This document shows positions 21,966 through 32,532 of a stretch of 64,000 bases of DNA, in pieces. Source of the DNA: an uncultured Nitrososphaeraceae archaeon (GTDB taxonomy: Archaea > Thermoproteota > Nitrososphaeria > Nitrososphaerales > Nitrososphaeraceae); contig CAVSMN010000021.1 in assembly GCA_963729045.1 (NCBI GenBank), forward strand, positions 120,888 to 184,887, written 5' to 3'. The first letter of the stretch is position 1, and each line of letters starts with the position of its first letter. The notes under the pieces were generated by a model. The model was not told the origin of the DNA and made no database searches. It worked only from the letters and a program-made list of their open reading frames with translations. A program made the translations under genes and the position numbers.

Positions 21966-22011
21966 ATTACATAATGTAAGAAAACTTTATATAATGTAAT
22001 GTTTATTACAT
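21966..22011 (+). promoter_or_regulatory. BRE/TATA-like promoter of hsp20 flanked by ATGTAA/TTACAT inverted repeats
   Basis: gaaaactttatata at 21980-21993; ttacat-a-atgtaa upstream and atgtaat-gttt-attacat downstream. Confidence 0.5.
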
Positions 22012-22031
22012 ATGTTAGGTGTATATGATAA

Positions 22032-22697
22032 ATGAGCAATAAAGACATTATACCAAGCGATTGGATTAGCAGATTCTTTGAGACAGGTCTAGGAAAAGGC
22101 AGAGGAAGAGGATTAGGATTGTTTAACAGAGATGCATTCAGCGATTTTGATGATATCCATAAGGAAATGAATAGAATGTTTGATGTATTTAATGATATCT
22201 CAAATAACGCCCCAAAAGAACTCGTAAGGGAATATGAAACAAAAGAAGGTGGCAAAGTTAGAGAAGTAGGGCCAATAGTGTATGGATATTCAATGACTAT
22301 CGGATCCGATGGTAAACCTCATGTTCGGGAATTTGGAAATATCAAATCTTTGAATGACAGTTCTGTAAAAAAAATAGGAACACAACCTGATAATATCTCC
22401 CAAATATCTGCAGAAAGAGAGCCATTAGTTGATGTGAACTTGACCGATAAAGAAGTCAAAGTAGTGGTTGAAATGCCCGGTATCAGAAAAGAAGACATAA
22501 AAGTAAAAGCATATGACTCGCAAGTTGAAGTAACAACATCAAAGGATGCTCAAAGAAAATATCATAAGAATATAGAACTTCCAGAGCTAGCAGAAATTGA
22601 GACTGCAAGATCAGCATATAACAATGGCATATTGGAAATAACCTTCGACAAAAAGAAAGTTACTAAACCCGCAGGTAAGGAAATCAAAATAGAGTAA
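22032..22697 (+). CDS. Archaeal Hsp20 small heat-shock protein
   Basis: GPIVYGYSMTIGSDGKPHVREFGN, REPLVDV, EMPGI, YNNGILEI. Confidence 0.95.
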   Translation: MSNKDIIPSDWISRFFETGLGKGRGRGLGLFNRDAFSDFDDIHKEMNRMFDVFNDISNNAPKELVREYETKEGGKVREVGPIVYGYSMTIGSDGKPHVREFGNIKSLNDSSVKKIGTQPDNISQISAEREPLVDVNLTDKEVKVVVEMPGIRKEDIKVKAYDSQVEVTTSKDAQRKYHKNIELPELAEIETARSAYNNGILEITFDKKKVTKPAGKEIKIE

Positions 22698-22963
22698 ATA
22701 TAAATCACATTCCAGACATTCAATAATTTATTTTTTTAATATTCTTCTAAAATAATAATCACATTTCAGTTATGTTTTGTTCAAAAGCATTTGATATTAA
22801 CAATATTTTATATGAAGGCGAGTATATGCGGTCATAATCGACAATAGACCAAGATAAACAATAAGGAATCTAAAACTACCAGTCATTCATCTTTTCTCAA
22901 GAACCTTTTAATCCTATTTGGATACCATCTGTTCTAAAAAAATGTCAAAAAAGGTTACAAATC

Positions 22964-23662
22964 ATGAAAAATATAAAAAGTAATTGGTGTATCTATGACA
23001 TGGATACCCTGGAATTTGATATCTCTACGATGAAGGCTCATCTTAGATATAATCTATTAATTTCTCTAATAACTCCTAGACCAATTGCCTTCATTTCAAC
23101 ATTAAGTGATAAAGGAATCCCAAACGCGGCGCCTTTTTCGTTTTTTAATTTGATGGGGAATGACCCTCCAATTGTGGCTATTGGTATTGGCAAAGATGAA
23201 ACTAGAAAAAATGATATGAAAGATACTGGGTATAATATCCAAAAGACAAAGGAGTTTGTCATAAATATTGTAAACGAAAGTATTTTAGAGCAAGTGAACG
23301 TGACATCCATTGATTTTCCACCAGAAATTGACGAATCCAAAATTGCTGGGCTAACCAAGATGCCTTCTATAAAGGTGAAACCACCAAGGATCGCGGAGTC
23401 ACCAGCTAACCTTGAATGCCGCCTAGCAAGTACTGTAGAAATTGGAAACACCCGCATAGTGTTGGGGGAAATTATCTACCTACATATAAAGAAAGAATTT
23501 TTAGATCCTTACGAGAATCAAACGGTTCATACCGATCTAATCTCCCCAGTTGGGAGGATGCACAAAAACTGTGTGTATACCCGAACTACTGATTTGTTTA
23601 ATTTACCGCGTTTATCTTTTAAAGAATGGAAAGAGCAGGAGAAGAGTAGTAAAAATATATGA
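22964..23662 (+). CDS. Flavin reductase family protein (DIM6/NTAB)
   Basis: PRPIAFIST, NAAPFSFFN, KDT..NI....EFVIN, PPRIAESPANLEC. Confidence 0.92.
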   Translation: MKNIKSNWCIYDMDTLEFDISTMKAHLRYNLLISLITPRPIAFISTLSDKGIPNAAPFSFFNLMGNDPPIVAIGIGKDETRKNDMKDTGYNIQKTKEFVINIVNESILEQVNVTSIDFPPEIDESKIAGLTKMPSIKVKPPRIAESPANLECRLASTVEIGNTRIVLGEIIYLHIKKEFLDPYENQTVHTDLISPVGRMHKNCVYTRTTDLFNLPRLSFKEWKEQEKSSKNI

Positions 23663-23674
23663 ATAGGAATAACC

Positions 23675-24094
23675 ATGGAATGTGCCATGTTGCCCTCTAT
23701 AGGCATAGATTCTCCGAATAATATTGATTTTTATTTTTATTCTAATGATTTGGGACTTCGGCTTGTAAAGTTAACGCTAAACCAAGATGATTCAAAGTCG
23801 TATCATCTTTATTTCGGTGATAAAACAAGTCGTCTAGGGACAATACTTACATTTTTCCACTGGCCAGAAATACCTAATGGTCGCCAGGCACTTGTCTTAC
23901 CTATCTGGAAAACAGGTATTATTGCAGCAGGGTCAGCAGATCCAATATTACCAAAAGAGCAAGTAAATGGTCTTTTACGACTATTGCAGAATGTTCGATC
24001 AGATATAACTTTGAAATTGCAACAGGACGGACATAATCTTCATGATAAAGACATATTAGACACAAAAGAATGGATTGAGAATATTTCTTTGTAG
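23675..24094 (+). pseudogene. Chimeric remnant: N-terminus of a MhqO-like ring-cleaving dioxygenase joined to the C-terminus of an alpha/beta carboxylesterase
   Basis: LGLRLVKLTLNQDD..SYHLYFGD...GTILTFFHWP followed by AAGSADPILP...GHNL...TKEWI. Confidence 0.7.
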
Positions 24095-24853
24095 ATTCTA
24101 ACACTAACTATTTTTTCATTCACCAAAATAAAAAACAAGTTTGGCAGAATTTATCATGTTAAAATTTTATTTTTCCTTTTGAAATGTAATTAACCGTGAA
24201 TCTACTCACCATTCTTCCTATATTGAATATTTTTTTTAAAACGTTTTTCATACCTTCTTTGTTATGTTCCCATGAAATATTCTCATATTCATATCTAGTA
24301 AAGAGTATGAAGTGAAGTTTATCAGACGATTATATTATTCACTAGAATTTCAATCGCTAGAATTTCAATCAAATTCCAGCAACCAATACAATTGTCTTAG
24401 TAACGAACAAGTAAAAAACGCTTGTAGGTGAAATTTGATACTATAAAAAGTGAAAATAATTATTTCCTGCTCGGGATTTAAACGAATCAACATAATTTGC
24501 ATCCAGACGAGCGTATTTCAACTCACCTGGATGTAAGCATCAAGCCTAAATGATGCAGATCATGATGACACTTCATGAATATTAAATATTTGGATGACCA
24601 TTAATTGGGATGATACTCTAGAAAAATAATCAAATCCATTGAAAGCAAATGAATGGAAATCTTCAGCTTATTAAAATAAGCATGAAAATACGTTTAATCG
24701 TACCGAGTAAAGTTATTTTGTATGTAGTAAACCACATCTCCTACCCAGATAATACGTAAGTCTCAAATGTCTTACAGGACTAAATCAAGGTTAATCTCCA
24801 AAGTCTAATTAACTGTTTTTTTAAATAAAAAATGATTATATTAAAAAAATAAA

Positions 24854-25285
24854 TTAATTAACTTGGTCTCCAAATGCAGTTATGTTAGTAGTCGCCAATC
24901 TAATATACGAAACGACCTCAAACAAGTTAAAAGTATACTTTTCATTTGGCTTTAATAGAAAAGATGGCTGCGTAACATATTCATTGAATTTGCCCAAACT
25001 ATTTCCCTCTTTGTCAAAGAATTCACCAGTGATTTCAATATCATGCACATCAAATGTATTATTATTCCTTACTGCTCCATCCACTTCTACCATACCTTGT
25101 GCAGTCTTGGAGGTCACCAGATCCTCTACAGGCATAAACACCTTTCCAGATTTTTGATTACTGTTATTCTGATTATCAGCAGTTTCATTTACCTGTGCTC
25201 TTGCACTATTTTTGAATTCATAAAAAGGGTCCGCAGATGAGGCAACCATCAATAGTGACAAAATGATAGTAATTTCCTTTAACAT
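24854..25285 (-). CDS. Secreted FxLYD-domain protein
   Basis: Signal peptide; VDGAVRNN...EITGEFFDKEGNSLG...LKPNEKYTF. Confidence 0.75.
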   Translation of the reverse strand: MLKEITIILSLLMVASSADPFYEFKNSARAQVNETADNQNNSNQKSGKVFMPVEDLVTSKTAQGMVEVDGAVRNNNTFDVHDIEITGEFFDKEGNSLGKFNEYVTQPSFLLKPNEKYTFNLFEVVSYIRLATTNITAFGDQVN

Positions 25286-25597
25286 TATTAATTAATAGAT
25301 GGTATTCCATAATAAATTTTCTTATTGAATTATGTTAAACCGTTTGAATATCTGAGGAATAAATACATCTGAAGATGGAAGAATACGGGTAATAGTAGAA
25401 ATTCTCTAGATAAAAGAAGGGAATTATTTGTACCAGTTTGGATGTTTGGTAATTAGAAGTTGTGAAAAAAAGGAATATCAATACTTTTTCAGAAGAAAAA
25501 CCAATTGGAAGGATAGCTTGACAACAACAACTTTTTCTATATAGAACGATCGTGCTGAAAGTTTTATAATGTTCCTTGTCGCAAATGGGTTTTATAA

Positions 25598-26471
25598 TTG
25601 AATTTCTATATCGGTTGTTCTGGTTGGAGTTACAGTGGATGCAAAGGGACGTTTTATCCAAATGATATAGATAGCAAAGATTATTTGTCATATTATTCCA
25701 AATTTTTTGATTTTGTTGAGGTTGGTTCGACTTAGTATAATATTCCATCGAGGTTTGCGGTTAGAGATTGGAAAGACAAGACACTATCTGATTTCAAGTT
25801 TACATTAAAGTTTCCAAAGATTATAACACATGAAAAAACCTTGAGGATGTTTCCAAGCCGTTGTCCATTTTTTTTACTGCTTTAGAGCCTGGGATTGAAA
25901 AAATCTTGTTATTACTAATTCAGCTTCCACCCTATCTAACTGTGAAGAAGGGGTTTGAGTCATTACAGAGAATGACTCAATCTTGATACCCGATTTAGAT
26001 ATGCGATTGAAGTTAGGCATTCCTCCTGGTTTGAAGACGAGATATTTGATTTTCTAAAAGAGCAAAACATGTCGCTGGTTTGGAGTGTTAGAGAGGAATT
26101 AACTACCCCTACAATAATAACAGTCGACCAAATTTACGCTAGATTTATTGGGGATAGAAGTATAAATGAAAAGGATTTTGGCAAAGTTGTAAAGGTAAAG
26201 GATCGAACAACAGAAATGATCGAATATATGAGAAATTTTGAGAGGATACAAAATGCTGAAAATAATATCCACGACGTGCTAATAGCGCTTCAACAATCAC
26301 TTTGCGGGATTTGGTCCTTAGTCCGTGAATGATTTCTTGAAGATTATGAACAAATCGGAGAAATCTTGGAAGAGTGACCTAGAAAGTCGGCAACAAAACA
26401 ACTCAAATCAAGCCCATAATAAATACCAATCAAGTATATCAGATTTTAGCAGATTTCATTTTAAAGCATAG
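25598..26471 (+). pseudogene. DUF72 family pseudogene
   Basis: Manual: FYIGCSGWSY...FYP...FVEVGST*YNIP...KFPKIITHEK / IQLPP / YAIEVRHSSWF / YARFIGDR / FNNHFAGFGP*; in-frame TAGs at 25733 and 26319 plus frameshifts. Confidence 0.88.
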
Positions 26472-26683
26472 AATCTGAATTAACATTTTGCATTCTAATA
26501 TGCTTGGAATAACTGATGTGTATCATTAAGAATATCTATGAGGAAAGTCCGTGATTATTCACTGATGTTTTTACTATCCGATATCACTAATGTCATATAG
26601 CATTTAACCGGACCACACCAACTACTCATAAATGTAAAGAGAAGAAAACATCGAGCGATACTATTAATGTGGATCTATAATAA

Positions 26684-27574
26684 TTATAGCGTATTTGATA
26701 GATATTTCTTTGCTTTCTCTAATACCTTTTTTTCATTTTCGGGCAAAGGCTGATTGTTTATTAATTCTTTAAATTGTAGCGAATTTATGATTGCCTTTCC
26801 ACCAAAGTGATTATTAAAATAAACAAAAATCGTATCAGTATTTTCCTTTATTCTATTGATCTTACTTACCCATGGAATAAGTTCCTTTTCAGAATACAGA
26901 TAATCATACCAATAATGATCTCTAGTAGTGTTTCTTCCATGGAATCTAACTACTGCCAATTTATTAGATGTCAAATTATTTTCATTTGATAAAAATCCAA
27001 GATTCTCTTGCGCAGGAGAATCAGTTAAGACGGATGCAATACTAAAGTGATGGAGTAATTCAAACACTCCCTCCGTATTCCATGAATTATGTCTGAATTC
27101 TATGGCGATATTGTCGTGATTTTTAAGATCAGATTGATTTCTCAGAGCATTCAAAAACTTTTCCAATATATTGGACTCATTAATGGTAAAACTGGGTGGC
27201 AGTTGAATTATTATCGAGCCTAATTTCCCTCTACTTTCAAGTGGAGATATTTTTTTGAGGAATTCATTCAAATCAGATACCACATTCCTGCTGATATCTA
27301 ATCTCTTTTCATGAGTAATTATTTCGGGGACTTTGACTGATATTTTAAAATCGTTAGGGGTTGTATTAGCCATTCCTAAAAATAAACCTTCATGCATGTG
27401 TTCATAGAATCTCTTATAGAAAGTAGCATCCATCTCGACAGCATTAAAAAATTGAGAATAATATCTCAGTTTTCTCGTTTTATTATCTGGGTAAAATACA
27501 TTTAACCATCCACCCTTTTCTGGTGAACCGCCATAGTTCCATCCAGAACATCCTAGATATAATTGAGAACACAT
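26684..27574 (-). CDS. DUF72 domain protein
   Basis: LGCSGWNY, VEMDATFY, QLPPSF, IEFRHNSW, VRFHGRN, YFNNH. Confidence 0.93.
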   Translation of the reverse strand: MCSQLYLGCSGWNYGGSPEKGGWLNVFYPDNKTRKLRYYSQFFNAVEMDATFYKRFYEHMHEGLFLGMANTTPNDFKISVKVPEIITHEKRLDISRNVVSDLNEFLKKISPLESRGKLGSIIIQLPPSFTINESNILEKFLNALRNQSDLKNHDNIAIEFRHNSWNTEGVFELLHHFSIASVLTDSPAQENLGFLSNENNLTSNKLAVVRFHGRNTTRDHYWYDYLYSEKELIPWVSKINRIKENTDTIFVYFNNHFGGKAIINSLQFKELINNQPLPENEKKVLEKAKKYLSNTL

Positions 27575-27707
27575 GATTAGATTGATTATGATTTCTCAAT
27601 AATTAAGAAAATCGGTTCGTTTTCCTCTCATCCAATTGGATTAAAAATAATCAAAAATGGTGATTTTATTTTTAAAGTTTTAATCACTTCAATGTATACT
27701 CCTCATT

Positions 27708-28361
27708 ATGAAGATTGGTATATTAGGATCAGGAGAAGTAGGTCGAAGATTGGCGGATGGTTGCTTAGATCTTGGCCACCACGTTATGATTGGAACACGT
27801 AATCCTGCAAAAGAAGAAATACAGAAATGGATAAACAACCTCAAACATAAAGAAAATGCTTTTGTTGGATCATTTGCCGATGCAGCTTCTTTTGGTGAAT
27901 TAATTGTCATTTCTACTTTCTGGGGGGGCACTGAGAATGCAATTAATTTGGCTATTTCATCCAATTTTAATGATAAAATAGTCGTTGATACAACAAATCC
28001 ATTAGAATTTGCTAAGGATTCACCCCCAAAACTCTCACTCGGCTATGATAAATCTGCTGGTGAGGTAGTTCAATCCTTGCTACCAAATTCAAAAGTTGTA
28101 AAAGCCTTTAACATAGTAGGTAATCCCCATATGATTCATCCAGATTTCCCGGGAGGTCCACCAACTATGTTTATTTGTGGCAATTTTAAGGATGCCAAAG
28201 ACACGATCATTGAAGAATTATTAACCCCATTTGGTTGGGAGACAATAGACATCGGGGGAATTGAGCAATCGAGATTGTTAGAACCCCTTGCCATGTTATG
28301 GATAACTCATTACCTTCAAACCGGGTTGGGAAACCATGCCTTCAAGTTGTTAAAAAAATAA
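27708..28361 (+). CDS. NADPH-dependent F420 reductase-like oxidoreductase
   Basis: IGILGSGEVG, VDTTNP, SAGE, VVKAFN, DIGG. Confidence 0.88.
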   Translation: MKIGILGSGEVGRRLADGCLDLGHHVMIGTRNPAKEEIQKWINNLKHKENAFVGSFADAASFGELIVISTFWGGTENAINLAISSNFNDKIVVDTTNPLEFAKDSPPKLSLGYDKSAGEVVQSLLPNSKVVKAFNIVGNPHMIHPDFPGGPPTMFICGNFKDAKDTIIEELLTPFGWETIDIGGIEQSRLLEPLAMLWITHYLQTGLGNHAFKLLKK

Positions 28362-28827
28362 TACCGTTTTATACATTTGTATTTTTTTATGTTGGATACC
28401 TGTCTACTTGCCATTACATGAAGGTCGTTTATTGAAAAATTGTCTAGAGAACCGTAAATCACAAATATTGTAACCTCTTCCATGGGATATATCGATTTTA
28501 CTTGCTAGAAACTTCAATCTTGTTACTTATAAACAAAATAATAAACTAAAATCTCTCCATTTAAAAATGAATATAATTCGTTTTGTTCTCCATTGGAAGA
28601 ATTTATGCGTAACCTATGCATGATAACATTACTGATGTTCAAAAGGCCATCAAGATAGTCCAATCAAAATCTGTGATTAACGCCGTAGGCGACTAGTCTA
28701 TTTAAATAGCTTTTAATTTACAAGATATGCAAGTAACAATATTAATTCTTGAATCCTATCTGATGTTTCACCAAGGTTACTACTAGTATAAAATATCCTA
28801 TTAAATATTGTCAACGAAAATATTGAC

Positions 28828-29322
28828 CTACCTTTCCTGCCCCAACATTTTGTTGATTTTATCTATAAATTTGTTGATATTCTCAACATGAGTTCCTTCC
28901 CAGTAAACTTTTGAACATTTTGAACATTCATAAATTGTGGATATACTCTCATATACTTTCTCTGGAACGGGATAAGATGTCATTGTCTTGTCAAGTTTTC
29001 TAAGAGTGCCGTTACAAATTGAACATCGAGTATTTGCGTTCGGAACCGGATTGATATGTTTGATATCACATCTCCCTAATATAAAAACCAAATTTTCAAC
29101 TTCATTGTCATCAGGGAGTAACAATCCATTCCTGCTCAATTTTGAGATCTTTAAATAGAGTCCTCTGTCTCTAGTTACCAATAGCTTGTGATCATGATTA
29201 CTTTTATTGATTAGAAAATCATCACTAGCGTCTAACCAGAATTCGGTGTCAAATCCCATTATTCTTAATTTCTTTGCAATATTTCCTCCCATGCAGTCAA
29301 TAATAAATTTTGGGTGATCCAC
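28828..29322 (-). CDS. Mut7-C RNase domain protein (PIN-like + Zn ribbon)
   Basis: FIIDCM...KLRIMGFDT, LVTRD, RCSICNG, ECSKCSKVYWEGTH. Confidence 0.92.
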   Translation of the reverse strand: MDHPKFIIDCMGGNIAKKLRIMGFDTEFWLDASDDFLINKSNHDHKLLVTRDRGLYLKISKLSRNGLLLPDDNEVENLVFILGRCDIKHINPVPNANTRCSICNGTLRKLDKTMTSYPVPEKVYESISTIYECSKCSKVYWEGTHVENINKFIDKINKMLGQER

Positions 29323-29707
29323 TTCATGATCAGTAGGTATCTGTTACTTTTAGTTATTCTAAGAACCAGTATGTTTATCTAGATACCAACCGTTATAGTG
29401 GAAAACCATGAATACTATTTCGCCCTTTTTATATGATTGACCTTTTTTCACTTCAATGACTCTTGATTTTCCCTCTTTTCTTGATCATGATTAAGATGTT
29501 GATATTGGCAATCTAATCAAATCATTCTCTTTGGGCATTTTTCTCCACACTCACTTTCAGTTGCAACTTTCAACCGAGAATAGATCGTAGAATATTTTAT
29601 TCAATAGTCTTATCAAAGATTAAAGATTTCTAGATGAAAAATCGAGGTTTTAGTAAATTTTAGCTATGAAAGTAAGATTATAAGTGTTGATGATTAATTA
29701 TTTTAGA

Positions 29708-29974
29708 ATGTCTGTTGATAATGATGTTCGAAATAATCTGGCAAAATATGAGAAATTCAAGGGTGGAGAACCTGAGAAAGTAATGCTATATCATAAACTC
29801 AAACTAGAAAACCTGGAGATAATAAGTGACAAGACAAACTATCTGGATATGGACACAGCCAAGATTCCAATAGTAGATTTTGTATGCGATATATGTAATC
29901 TTCCAATGGAGGCACAACAACATCCATCCAAAGTAGATCTCGTCTGCATAAATTGTAATCAGACATATCCTTAG
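29708..29974 (+). CDS. Hypothetical protein with C-terminal Zn ribbon
   Basis: CDIC...CINC. Confidence 0.65.
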   Translation: MSVDNDVRNNLAKYEKFKGGEPEKVMLYHKLKLENLEIISDKTNYLDMDTAKIPIVDFVCDICNLPMEAQQHPSKVDLVCINCNQTYP

Positions 29975-30145
29975 TACTTGGACTAATTTTTGATCATCGT
30001 ATTAACTTTGAAATATCCAGAACTAATTTTAAGCGAGTCCCGTACTTAGTTTCTGATTACTAATATTGCAATGTCTTTGATTTTATATTAAATGAAATCA
30101 TTCTAGAGTGGCAACAGCGAGTCAAAATCTCGAGGAAAAGGTGTC

Positions 30146-30524
30146 ATGAAGCAGTATCCCATTCATTTTAGGACAGGGTTTGTTATTTCCGAAGGGAAAA
30201 TAAAAGAATACAAGAAACTGATAAAGGAAACGAGCAAACAAACTGGTAGAGGTCAATGAACCTGATAAAATAGGTTACCAATTTTATTTCGAAAAGTCTA
30301 AGGCAAAATGCATTGTACATGAAACATATATGATCCAGAAATAGTATTTGCTCACATTCGAGGGGGTTGCCCCAAATACAGTTCTTCCAAGGATTCATGA
30401 TATATGTAGGATAACAAGATTTGAGGTTTTTAGGAGCTTCAACGACTAGTTACGTAAGGCGATAGAAGGCTTAAATCTGCAAACCTCCATTCTATATACG
30501 GGTTTTAACCGTTTAATTCGATGA
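30146..30524 (+). pseudogene. Antibiotic-biosynthesis-monooxygenase (ABM)-like pseudogene
   Basis: Manual: MKQYPIHFRTGFVISEGKIKEYKKLI / VEVNEPDKIGYQFYF...KCIVHETY / ...RITRFEVF...*...YTGFNR; frameshifts and a TAG at 30447. Confidence 0.7.
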
Positions 30525-30739
30525 TGTGTAGGTGGCCGATTCACGAAAGAATAATTGTGTACTCTCAAGCAAACTATTGAGAAAGATTGCATTAGACTCA
30601 CCGAAAGATCTTTTTGAAAAACTTTTGGCTGGCTTGTTTGATCAACTCCTAGTTCTGTTTTAACCTACTTAAACCCATTCAAAATAGATCAAACATAATA
30701 TTTTTATCAATCAATTTTCTATATGATTAAAGATGTGTT

Positions 30740-30985
30740 ATGTATTCCGATATTTCTACAAGCGATACTGACATTGCAAAATTCGAAAAGTTAAAGGACA
30801 ATTTTAGTTGGTTTTATTCAAATTATGATAGAATTGAGAGGGATATTCACAATCAGTATATTGCTGTTAAAGATAGAAAGCATATTGATAACGATGTCAA
30901 CCTCGAAGCTCTTATAAAAAGACTCAATTTGAAGAGCTATGACGAATCAATAGCTATCGAGTTCGTAAATTCTAAAAGTCAATAA
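30740..30985 (+). CDS. Hypothetical protein (DUF5678-like)
   Basis: NFSWF..NY......NQYIAVKD...ID.D..L pattern. Confidence 0.6.
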   Translation: MYSDISTSDTDIAKFEKLKDNFSWFYSNYDRIERDIHNQYIAVKDRKHIDNDVNLEALIKRLNLKSYDESIAIEFVNSKSQ

Positions 30986-31153
30986 TATCGACAATTGCTT
31001 TTTTTATTCTTGTCCGCGTTTTGATATGACTATTTACACTATGATTGATTAGAACTCATAGATAATTGGTGAATTATGGAATCAAAATGTAGAATACATT
31101 GCAGATAACTTTTAAAAATATTTTATATATTTCGAATTATCAATGTTGTTTAG

Positions 31154-31351
31154 ATGGTAAGATACGTAATAAAAGAGGGAAAAGGACCTATGGAAGTGAA
31201 GGTTGGCAATGATAGTAAATGGATTTGCATGTGTGGATTAAGTCAAAACCAGCCGTTTTGTGATGGTGCTCATAAAAAAACACTAAATGAGGAGGATGGA
31301 AAAGTCTACAAGTACAATACTGATGGTACCAGAACTGAAATACAAATTTGA
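31154..31351 (+). CDS. CDGSH iron-sulfur domain protein
   Basis: ICMCGLSQNQPFCDGAH. Confidence 0.93.
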   Translation: MVRYVIKEGKGPMEVKVGNDSKWICMCGLSQNQPFCDGAHKKTLNEEDGKVYKYNTDGTRTEIQI

Positions 31352-31603
31352 ATAAGCAATGTAATCATTCTTATAATTTATTTTTTTTAAATTGAAACAA
31401 AAAAGTTTTAAATGATTTCCTTTATGAAAAAAGTTTTAAAGTTAATTTTCGCTAGGAAAATAACATATTCCCGAAAAATTCATGAGTGTGCATGACCTTA
31501 TCAATTGCCTTTTAATTTAGATATTGGAATTATATTAATTGTTAGAAAGTTGCGATTAAAATAGGTAGATGGTAATATAGTTATATACACACTATACTAT
31601 ACA

Positions 31604-31963
31604 ATGGAATCCGATTATAAGTTTAGGTATGTGAATGATTACATTACAAATTTACTAGATGGAAATATGACACTTCAATATGAGGATGTGGATTTGAAAA
31701 GTGTAAAAAAACCTATCGAATATCTCGACAAGATTGAAAAATGGTTGGAATTTAGAAATAGAATTAGAGATGAGGATCCAGATGAATTTACCAAACTTAC
31801 AGGTGAATTGTTTACCCATCTCTTAGCTATACGACTGGCTGGTGTGGTAATAGACCACTCTTGTGAATATTGTGATATGACTGGTAACGAAGAAATCCTA
31901 GATACCGAACCACTATCACCTTCGACTACAATTAAAGAATCAAATAGGGACGCCGAGGTGTAA
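31604..31963 (+). CDS. Hypothetical protein
   Basis: 119-aa ORF, TATA-like ttatata upstream, HSCEYC motif. Confidence 0.6.
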   Translation: MESDYKFRYVNDYITNLLDGNMTLQYEDVDLKSVKKPIEYLDKIEKWLEFRNRIRDEDPDEFTKLTGELFTHLLAIRLAGVVIDHSCEYCDMTGNEEILDTEPLSPSTTIKESNRDAEV

Positions 31964-32157
31964 ATTTTGATCAAAATCATTTTTTCCTGAAACAATTCTG
32001 TTAAATCACAATATCTCCATGAAGATTCAATAATTAATATAATGATGCTTATTTGATAAAAAGACAATCCATTAGGTCTGTTAATCCATTACTGAGTCTT
32101 AAAAAACAATAGATATTAATTTGATAATTTTTATTGAGATCCGCAATAGGCTCCTCT

Positions 32158-32532
32158 ATGAATCTATTAATAGAGGCGGCTACGAAAAGTTTAAAAAAAT
32201 CATATAATCCTTACTCTGGTTTATCTGTAGGTTGTGCCTTAAAAACTTCTTCTGGCAAAATCTACGATGGAGTTAATATTGAAAATTCAGTTTTTGGACT
32301 GACCATGTGTGCCGAAAGGGTTGCAGTGTTTAAGGCCGTTTCTGAAGGGAACGTCGACATAGAGGAAATTGCATTGGTAGCTTCTACAGGAAAACCAATC
32401 TATCCCTGCGGTGCCTGCAGACAAGTGTTATATGAATTCAATCCTAATACAAAAATATATTCAAGTGATGGTAAAACTCTAATTTTATTGGAAATTCTCC
32501 CTTTTGCATTTTCGAGGGATGCGTTAAGTTAA
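32158..32532 (+). CDS. cdd: Cytidine deaminase
   Basis: PYS..VG.AL, GVNIEN, CAER, PCGACRQ. Confidence 0.95.
   Translation: MNLLIEAATKSLKKSYNPYSGLSVGCALKTSSGKIYDGVNIENSVFGLTMCAERVAVFKAVSEGNVDIEEIALVASTGKPIYPCGACRQVLYEFNPNTKIYSSDGKTLILLEILPFAFSRDALS

Noticed and set aside
24342..24370. 14-bp direct repeat ctagaatttcaatc x2
   Set aside because: Only two copies in AT-rich DNA; no associated feature
29359..29538. Small minus-strand ORF MPKENDLIRLP...
   Set aside because: Two internal stops and no recognisable family
25733..30449. In-frame TAG codons suggesting amber recoding
   Set aside because: They occur only in genes that also carry frameshifts, while TAG is the normal stop of intact genes (e.g. 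10636, 46094); no pyl genes seen
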